From positions 1 to 27,039 of the forward strand of contig CADBRB010000086.1 in NCBI GenBank assembly GCA_902796955.1: a stretch of 27,039 nucleotides of DNA, read 5' to 3'. This stretch comes from an uncultured Ruminococcus sp. GTDB taxonomy: Bacteria; Bacillota; Clostridia; Oscillospirales; Acutalibacteraceae. The notes under the pieces are model-generated. The model was not told the DNA's origin and ran no database searches. It saw only the letters and a program-made list of their open reading frames with translations. The position numbers and the translations under genes were made by a program. This document shows, piece after piece, positions 1 to 5,830 of this stretch (position 1 is the first letter of the stretch; each line of letters begins with the position of its first letter).

Positions 1-70
1 AGTAGAAATGCTCGCATTTGCGACGTTTATAATAAACCTCATAAAGCTTGTCATCGAAATAGATGACAGA

Positions 71-113
71 AAAAAATAAACCGCCCAAGCTCTAACTAAG
101 CGGTTTATTTTTA
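71..113. terminator. Bidirectional intrinsic terminator: 9-bp stem (76-84 with 100-108), A-run on the left, T-run on the right
   Basis: Seen in sequence: ataaaccgc...gcggtttat inverted repeat followed by ttttt, with aaaaaa preceding. It lies downstream of the minus-strand CDS ending at 220 and of whatever plus-strand gene precedes the window. Confidence 0.5.
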
Positions 114-128
114 TAAATAAACGATAGG

Positions 129-156
129 GCTAAACCGTCTATCGGGTTAGCTTTTT
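129..156 (+). terminator. Plus-strand intrinsic terminator (gctaaaccg / cgggttagc stem, then tttttg)
   Basis: Seen in sequence: 9-bp stem with one mismatch, 5-nt loop, T5 tract immediately 3'. Confidence 0.4.
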
Positions 157-219
157 GTCTTTAATTATATTATACCCTATTTTTGCGGTTTGTCAAGTAA
201 TCTTATAGTTTATCATATC

Positions 220-1047
220 TTATTTAAACTTAACATCTGTGAATCCAATACAATTTGTACCGCTACCTAAATTTGAGACTTCAATCGTCATTGCGGAAGT
301 ATTCTTAGCGTTTATTGTAATCCATTGCGGTGCAACATTTGGAGAGATTGTATACTCGTAATTTGGTGTTTCGTCTAAAGTCTTATCTAAGAAAATTCTA
401 AGTTTTATATCATTGCTTACATAGCCGTCAACATGACCTACCAACATTTTAATTTTTGTATACTTTTTGGTAACGGAACTAATAATATATGTTATATATT
501 GGGTACCCTCACCCCACATATTAAAGCTTGCCCCCATACGTATCATAAATCCATTGTTATATTTTTCACCAAACATTGAAAACCCTGTATTGCCCGGACC
601 CGAATAAAAAGTACACGCATTTTCATTACTATAAGCTACAGCAACCATATTTGTTGGGCTTTCACTTTGGTCTGAATCAATATTATTTGGATTATTCTTA
701 CTTGATGTATTACTGGATTCCGGTGTGCTGTTTTCGCTAATGATGCTACTTGTATTTTTGCTATCATCACTTGAATTTATTTCGGATATTGGCTCCGATG
801 ATAGACTATTACTGCCAGACTCATTTCTTAGGCCATCTATTTGGATTTGTAAGGTAGATACTGTCATTTGATATTTTTCAATTTGTTTATTAGAACTATA
901 AGTGGTAGCATAATATGTAAAAAGTCCGCTAACAGCTGCTCCTAATATTGCACTTATTATTTTTGATATGCCTTTTATGAGAGGTTTGGTTTTAGAGTTG
1001 GTTTTTTCCATTAAATCACCATCTTTCATTTTATTATTAGACAACAT
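220..1047 (-). CDS. Membrane-anchored protein: one N-terminal TM helix, Ser/Asn-rich low-complexity linker, C-terminal beta-rich domain of unknown family. Co-transcribed with the upstream XRE regulator.
   Basis: ORF of 275 aa. A positively charged N-terminus (KTNSKTKPLIKGISK) precedes a hydrophobic segment (IISAILGAAVSGLFTYYATTY), which predicts type II topology with the C-terminus outside. A ~70 aa S/N/E-rich linker follows, then an ~150 aa domain rich in aromatic and Gly residues. Only a 15-bp gap separates it from the XRE gene stop. I cannot assign the C-terminal domain to a family from sequence alone. Confidence 0.7.
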   Translation of the reverse strand: MLSNNKMKDGDLMEKTNSKTKPLIKGISKIISAILGAAVSGLFTYYATTYSSNKQIEKYQMTVSTLQIQIDGLRNESGSNSLSSEPISEINSSDDSKNTSSIISENSTPESSNTSSKNNPNNIDSDQSESPTNMVAVAYSNENACTFYSGPGNTGFSMFGEKYNNGFMIRMGASFNMWGEGTQYITYIISSVTKKYTKIKMLVGHVDGYVSNDIKLRIFLDKTLDETPNYEYTISPNVAPQWITINAKNTSAMTIEVSNLGSGTNCIGFTDVKFK

Positions 1048-1062
1048 TGATAAAGCAAAAAT

Positions 1063-1347
1063 CTACAGGTTGACATTTATCTTATTTGAATGCTCCTCCA
1101 GCGGAAATCCGGAATTTAATAAACTGCCTGCTTTTATATCCAGCGCATCGGCTATATTATAAAGAATTTCTACCGAAAAGGGACGAATAATATTAGGTGC
1201 TTCGATTGAGCTTAAGTATGAGCGACTTATGTTTGCTTTTTCTGCAAGCTCTTCTTGAGATAAGCCACGCATTTTGCGTATTGCCGCAATCGTTAAACCA
1301 AGCTCTATAAATCTATCACGGTTACGAAATTCGACAATTTTGCTCAT
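1063..1347 (-). CDS. XRE-family helix-turn-helix transcriptional regulator (HTH_3, Cro/C1-type)
   Basis: The 94-aa ORF contains the canonical HTH_3 motif (LTIAAIRKMRGLSQEELAEKANISRSYLSSIE). A good SD (GAGGTG) sits 5 nt upstream of the ATG at 1347. Confidence 0.85.
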   Translation of the reverse strand: MSKIVEFRNRDRFIELGLTIAAIRKMRGLSQEELAEKANISRSYLSSIEAPNIIRPFSVEILYNIADALDIKAGSLLNSGFPLEEHSNKINVNL

Positions 1348-1554
1348 CTTAACACCTCTTACAGCTTTTTGATTAATATAATTATAATACTTTTAAAATT
1401 AATAATCTATCCATTACTGTGAGCAAATGTCTAATATAATATGCAATTACAATTTTCAACAGTAGCTTATTGTTTAATTTGCCATATGTCTATAATACTC
1501 ACCTCTGATAAAAATCTGATGATGTTAATAATAAATTAAATTTGGACAAATCAC

Positions 1555-1583
1555 TTGTAAAAATCAAATTTTTATACTATACT
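1555..1583 (+). promoter_or_regulatory. Candidate sigma-A promoter for the cyclophilin gene (TTGTAA -17- TATACT)
   Basis: Seen in sequence: -35-like TTGTAA at 1555-1560, a 17-nt spacer, TATACT at 1578-1583. This is an AT-rich divergent intergenic region, so the call is by eye only. Confidence 0.3.
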
Positions 1584-1656
1584 ATTTTTTGTGGATTTTT
1601 TAAATACAAACAGGCACGCTTATTATGCTGTCATAAATTTATTACGGATAGGAGAA

Positions 1657-2655
1657 ATGAACTTGAAAAAACGTGTATTAACAATTATGTGTGCTATTGC
1701 GCTTTTGTGCGCTATGATTTTTGCCGGATGTGAAAAGAACGGAGGAAATACATCTTCGGCAGGCTCTGCGGATTCTGCAAATACATCCGAAACATCTGCC
1801 GGCAGTTCAACTGACGAATCCGATTCAGGCGAATCTAAAATCGTTGTTTCCGATGACCTAATAGATAAGGTTGTTAAAGAACTCAATATCAAGGCAAATA
1901 TATTTGATGATAAAGACCACGCCGTAGGCTATCAGCTTGAAAAGCCCAAGAGCGGCGATACCGTAGCTGTTATTGAAACATCTATGGGTACCATAAAAAT
2001 GAGGTTGTTTCCTGAGGCTGCGCCAAAGACGGTAGAAAACTTTGTAAAGCACGCACAGGACGGATATTATAACGGACTTAAATTCCACAGAGTTATCAAT
2101 GACTTTATGATTCAAACCGGTGACCCAAAGGGTGACGGCACAGGCGGAGAAAGCATTTGGGGCGATGCGTTTGAGGATGAATTCAGCAATAAGCTGTTTA
2201 ATATAAGAGGTGCAGTAGCTATGGCGAACAGCGGACGTGATACAAACGGAAGCCAGTTCTTTATTAATCAGATGAGTGCCGAAACGTTCGATAAACAAAC
2301 CGGCGGTCAGGGATTAGAGTCATTTAAGGTTATGCGTGACAGCTACATGGAAGGTTTACAGCAGTACTATGATTACGGTATGGTTGAAAACTTTGTTGCA
2401 CAGTACGGCAACTATCTGTATGACTATGATAAGGTAACAGATGATATAAAGAAGCTGTATAATGAAAATGGCGGAAATCCGTATCTTGACGGTGCATACA
2501 ACCTTGTTGACAAGGGTCATACCGTATTCGGTCAGGTTTATGAGGGCTTGGACATTGTGGATGCGATAGCGGCTGTGGAGGTAGATACCACCACTTATGC
2601 ACCTAAGGCCGATGTTACTATAAAGACAATAACCATTGAAACCTACAGTGAATAA
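1657..2655 (+). CDS. Secreted lipoprotein peptidyl-prolyl cis-trans isomerase, cyclophilin type (PpiB-like with insertions)
   Basis: Signal peptide with lipobox ([10 protein letters not shown]). Cyclophilin motifs are present ([24 protein letters not shown]...GSQFFIN). I prefer the start at the ATG at 1657 (AGGAGAA RBS) over the ORF-track start at 1591. Confidence 0.85.
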   Translation: MNLKKRVLTIMCAIALLCAMIFAGCEKNGGNTSSAGSADSANTSETSAGSSTDESDSGESKIVVSDDLIDKVVKELNIKANIFDDKDHAVGYQLEKPKSGDTVAVIETSMGTIKMRLFPEAAPKTVENFVKHAQDGYYNGLKFHRVINDFMIQTGDPKGDGTGGESIWGDAFEDEFSNKLFNIRGAVAMANSGRDTNGSQFFINQMSAETFDKQTGGQGLESFKVMRDSYMEGLQQYYDYGMVENFVAQYGNYLYDYDKVTDDIKKLYNENGGNPYLDGAYNLVDKGHTVFGQVYEGLDIVDAIAAVEVDTTTYAPKADVTIKTITIETYSE

Positions 2656-2677
2656 TAAAAATCTATATTTATAAGAC

Positions 2678-2707
2678 AGCCGTCCGTGAGTAATCTCACG
2701 GACGGTA
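2678..2707. repeat. Copy 1 of a 30-nt perfect direct repeat (agccgtccgtgagtaatctcacggacggta). It folds as an 11-bp perfect GC-rich hairpin with a taat loop.
   Basis: Seen in sequence: identical 30-mers at 2678-2707 and 2942-2971. Each is a palindrome (ccgtccgtgag / taat / ctcacggacgg). Confidence 0.8.
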
Positions 2708-2941
2708 CAGACTGTCGACAAATCGGTCAGACCGCGCAAAAATATTTAATGATGTAACGATATGAATAAATCAATTAAATATAAACAAGCAGGCAAGCTA
2801 TCTTTAATAAATGGCTTGCCTGTGCGCTTTCTACGAAAACAAACTCTACCGTACATATGTACGCCGACGAATTTGTTTTCGTATAATCTGCCTCGATTTC
2901 TCAAAGCCTGCCAGTGTGTAGACAAGTTTGTCTACACACTG

Positions 2942-2971
2942 AGCCGTCCGTGAGTAATCTCACGGACGGTA
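2942..2971. repeat. Copy 2 of the 30-nt palindromic repeat. This copy is followed by a T-tract and therefore also acts as an intrinsic terminator.
   Basis: Seen in sequence: identical to 2678-2707, followed by tatttttctgtttttt. Confidence 0.8.
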
Positions 2972-2986
2972 TTTTTCTGTTTTTTA
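2944..2986 (+). terminator. Intrinsic terminator (11-bp perfect GC-rich stem plus a T-rich tract)
   Basis: Seen in sequence: stem ccgtccgtgag / ctcacggacgg, loop taat, then tatttttctgtttttt. Confidence 0.65.
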
Positions 2987-3206
2987 ATTACCTGTATTGT
3001 TTAAGAAAAATCGACTCATGGATATCTTTGCAATTAAAGCCGTCAATCGAGCCGATAGTTAAGAAGCCGCTATACAGCAAAAAGGATTGTAATAATTTTA
3101 CGTTTATAGCAATGGAATTATAAGCAGTTTTCAAAACATTCGTTTTACTTATGTGTTATATTGTATTTCCATTTCTGCACTTTTTGCCTTAAGTACATAT
3201 ATACTG

Positions 3207-3235
3207 TTGCAAAAAAACTGAAAATGTGGTATATA
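3207..3235 (+). promoter_or_regulatory. Near-consensus sigma-A promoter (TTGCAA -17- TATATA), predicted TSS at about 3242
   Basis: Seen in sequence: ttgcaa, then aaaaactgaaaatgtgg (17 nt), then tatataaat. No CDS follows for ~515 nt. Confidence 0.5.
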
Positions 3236-3372
3236 AATATATTGCAAGGTTACTTCATGCGTGTGATTGAAAATCACTGCGGTGCGTTCGGCTATGCCTA
3301 TACGTATGCCGGAAGAATCACTTGCCTTGCGCTTAATCTCTACGAGCCGAAAGCTTGTTTGATTAGCGCTAT

Positions 3373-3409
3373 GCGGGTTCGAATCCCGCCGTATGCTTGT
3401 CAGCATATG
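3373..3409 (+). other. tRNA-like T-arm (GCGGG-TTCGAAT-CCCGC) followed by a 7-bp hairpin (cgtatgc/gcatatg). No complete cloverleaf is recognisable. Either a tRNA 3'-end remnant or part of an unclassified ncRNA.
   Basis: Seen in sequence: a perfect GGTTCGAATCC T-loop motif. No complementary 5' acceptor strand, D-arm or anticodon arm could be found within 100 nt upstream, and no CCA is present. The overlapping ORF-track translations (RRDSNPH) are the classic artefact of translating a T-arm. Confidence 0.3.
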
Positions 3410-3758
3410 CCAATGGTTTTGGATCTATGCCCTAACAAGGCATAATCGTGCGAAAGCACCGAGGAATTAATATTTATATTTGCCGGTGTAATTGCTCCGC
3501 CGTCCGATTGAGATTTCTCTTTTGCACGGCAATGGCTCATAGGCCTTGTCCTTTAGCAGATACCGTGTATCGTTCATATAAGCCAAAAGCTTGCTTTCCG
3601 CTTATATGAAACTGCACTTAAGCTTTAGGCCGCCGATGAAACATGAGCAATTACATTGGTAAGCCGCAAATTTTTGCGTTTGAACACAGAGTACAGGCCG
3701 GGCATACGTTTTTGAAAACGTATTGCTTTGGCTCGATTTTGTATAATTCAAAGGAGGC

Positions 3759-4928
3759 ATGAATATGAAGAAAATCATAATCAATGACAATCAGAGAGGC
3801 TTTTTGTTTAAAAACGGCAGGTATGTAAAAACTCTTTCCGCAGGTAAATACCATGTTGTCGGCGGCAGAGATATTGTTGTTTCCAACCTTGACAAACCGA
3901 TAGAGCCGCAAAAATGTACGCTTGAAACACTCATGAACGATCATGCGCTCGAAGGCCTGATATCCTATGTAGATGTGGCGGATCAGCAATATGTACTGCA
4001 TTATGTCAACGACGGCTTTTGCGACCTGCTTACACAGGGTAAATACGCATTTTGGCAGATAAACGACAAGCACACTTATGAAGTGGTAGATATCCGTACT
4101 CCGGAGATAGACGACCTTGTTCCCGAGTATATACTCTCACGCATATCTCCATCATATTACACCAAAATCGAGGTCAACGATTATCAAAAGGCAAGGCTGT
4201 TTTTCAACAAACGCTTTATAAGACTGCTTGAACCTGGTACATACTATTTTTGGAAAAACGGCGTAAAAATAGATGTAAACTATATAGATACCCGCCTTAC
4301 CAAGCTTGATGTAACCGGTCAGTCGTTGCTTACACAGGATAAGGTTACTCTGCGTGTAAGCTTTGTATGCAACTACCGTATTAAAAAAAAAAAAAAAATA
4401 CTTTCTGAGATTGACGATTTTGTTGAACAGCTCCATGTAGCGGTACAGCTTGCCATGCGTGACTATGTCGGCAAGTATAAGCTGGATGATATTCTTGCAA
4501 ACAAGGAGCAGATGTCAGATTATATATTTGACAGGCTCAAGCAAAAAGAAAAAGAGCTGTATGTAGAAATAACTGACGCCGGTGTTAAGGATATAGTTCT
4601 CCCGGGAGAGATACGCAGTATTATGAATACAGTGCTGATTGCCGAAAAGAAAGCGCAGGCGAACGTAATAACCCGCCGTGAGGAGGTAGCGTCAACGAGG
4701 TCTTTGCTCAATACAGCAAAGCTACTGGACGAGAATAAAACTCTGTATAAACTCAAAGAGCTTGAATACATTGAGCGTATCTGTGCCAATGTAGGAAGTA
4801 TAAATATAGGCGGCGGCTCAAACATACTGGCTCAGCTTTCCGAGCTTGTAAGGGGCAGCGGCAAAAGCAAAGATGAAGAGATAGATTTTTTAGAAGATGA
4901 GTTTGATTTGGACGAAGATTTTGAGTGA
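3759..4928 (+). CDS. SPFH/band-7 (stomatin/prohibitin/flotillin/HflK-C) domain protein, soluble YdjI-like type with no TM helix. It has a duplicated N-terminal SPFH-start module and an acidic C-terminal tail.
   Basis: An SPFH-like coiled region (AEKKAQANVITRREEVASTRSLLNTAKLL...KELEYIERI). Two copies of the SPFH N-terminal strand motif (RGFLFKNGRYVKTLSAGKYH; ARLFFNKRFIRLLEPGTYYF). No predicted TM. C-terminal tail DEEIDFLEDEFDLDEDFE. RBS AAAGGAGG 6 nt upstream of the ATG. An A16 run at 4383-4398 encodes KKKKK. Confidence 0.7.
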   Translation: MNMKKIIINDNQRGFLFKNGRYVKTLSAGKYHVVGGRDIVVSNLDKPIEPQKCTLETLMNDHALEGLISYVDVADQQYVLHYVNDGFCDLLTQGKYAFWQINDKHTYEVVDIRTPEIDDLVPEYILSRISPSYYTKIEVNDYQKARLFFNKRFIRLLEPGTYYFWKNGVKIDVNYIDTRLTKLDVTGQSLLTQDKVTLRVSFVCNYRIKKKKKILSEIDDFVEQLHVAVQLAMRDYVGKYKLDDILANKEQMSDYIFDRLKQKEKELYVEITDAGVKDIVLPGEIRSIMNTVLIAEKKAQANVITRREEVASTRSLLNTAKLLDENKTLYKLKELEYIERICANVGSINIGGGSNILAQLSELVRGSGKSKDEEIDFLEDEFDLDEDFE

Positions 4929-4980
4929 GAATATACATAATGTAATCTCAAATGACGGCATAGAATATAATTGATAATTA

Positions 4981-5019
4981 AAGCTCCGTATCGCTTAAAA
5001 TGCGTATACGGAGCTTTTT
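4981..5019. terminator. Bidirectional intrinsic terminator between the convergent SPFH and tatD genes
   Basis: Seen in sequence: 11-bp perfect stem (aagctccgtat / atacggagctt) with an internal 3-bp stem-loop, followed by ttttt. Confidence 0.7.
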
Positions 5020-5038
5020 GCTGTTTGATTCTATATGA

Positions 5039-5818
5039 TTATATGCTGTTTTTATCTATTCCGTAAAGGTTGTATGCATTATCCCTTGTTGCGGTTAAAA
5101 GCTCCTCTACGCTTATTCCTTTTATCTGTGCAATCCTTTCGGCAGTATACGTTATCATTGAGGAATCGCACCGCTTTCCCCTGAAAGGCACGGGCGTCAT
5201 ATATGGGGCATCGGTTTCAAGCAGAAGTCTGTCCAGCGGAACAGCTTCGGCAACCTCTAACGGCACTCTGGCATTTTTAAAGGTGACTACTCCTCCGAGG
5301 CTGATTGAAAGTCCTAACTTCATTATCTCCTTCAGCATTTCAACACTGCCCGAAAAGCAATGTACCAAACCCTTGGGCTTATGCTTTTTTAAAAGCTCCA
5401 GCGTGTCGGCATGAGCATCTCTGTCATGAAAAACGATTGGCAAATCAAGCTCGTTTGCAAGCAAAATCTGTTCAGTTACAATCTTCAGCTGAATCTCCCT
5501 GTCCGGTCCGTCGTCATAGTGATAGTCAAGCCCGATTTCTCCGATTGCTTTGACCTTTTCGTGCTTTGCAAAATCTCTCAGACTGTCTAAATAACCGTCG
5601 GGGGCAAGATCTGCGTTTTGCGGATGATATCCGACAGTTGTATAAATAAACGGATATTTTTCGGAATACTCTATACCGAAAACAGAGGTTTTTATATCAA
5701 CAGCCGCATTCATAACACAGCATATTCCCTTATCGGGCAAGCTGCTCAAAAGCTGCTCTCTGTCCGCATCAAAAGCGGCGTCATCATAGTGGGCGTGTGC
5801 ATCAAAAATCAAATTCAT
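5039..5818 (-). CDS. tatD: TatD-family metal-dependent hydrolase / DNase (YabD-like)
   Basis: MNLIFDAHAHY...GEIGLDYHY...VFHDRDAH...LLETDAPY are canonical TatD motifs. Linkage metG-tatD is conserved in Firmicutes. I prefer the ATG at 5818 (MNLIFD) over the GTG at 5827 in the ORF track. Confidence 0.9.
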   Translation of the reverse strand: MNLIFDAHAHYDDAAFDADREQLLSSLPDKGICCVMNAAVDIKTSVFGIEYSEKYPFIYTTVGYHPQNADLAPDGYLDSLRDFAKHEKVKAIGEIGLDYHYDDGPDREIQLKIVTEQILLANELDLPIVFHDRDAHADTLELLKKHKPKGLVHCFSGSVEMLKEIMKLGLSISLGGVVTFKNARVPLEVAEAVPLDRLLLETDAPYMTPVPFRGKRCDSSMITYTAERIAQIKGISVEELLTATRDNAYNLYGIDKNSI

Positions 5819-5830
5819 ACAGCGCACCGC

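Noticed and set aside
1591-1656. Upstream extension of the cyclophilin ORF ([22 protein letters not shown]...)
   Set aside because: The extension precedes a canonical signal peptide and lipobox that begin at the ATG at 1657, which has a strong AGGAGAA RBS. The extension would bury the signal peptide.
2762-2953. 63-aa ORF inside the structured intergenic element
   Set aside because: No SD sequence, the start sits in an AT-rich stretch, and the ORF runs straight through three perfect hairpins. More likely RNA structure than protein.
2678-2971. Two identical 30-nt repeats could be read as a minimal CRISPR-like array
   Set aside because: There are only two copies, they are 234 nt apart (spacers are 30-40 nt), the repeats are perfect palindromic terminator-type hairpins, and no cas genes are present.
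3296-3400. A complete tRNA or tmRNA gene around the GGTTCGAATCC motif
   Set aside because: I could not find the complementary 5' acceptor strand (gcatacg or wobble variants), a D-arm or an anticodon stem at any standard spacing on either strand. There is no GGGG 5' end or CCA for tmRNA. It is kept only as a tRNA-like fragment.
3149-3445. Overlapping ORFs 3149-3406 (minus strand) and 3161-3445 (plus strand) from the six-frame track
   Set aside because: They overlap each other on opposite strands across the tRNA-like motif. The RRDSNPH peptide is the well-known translation artefact of a T-arm read in reverse. Neither has an RBS or a start-codon context. The region is better explained as noncoding.
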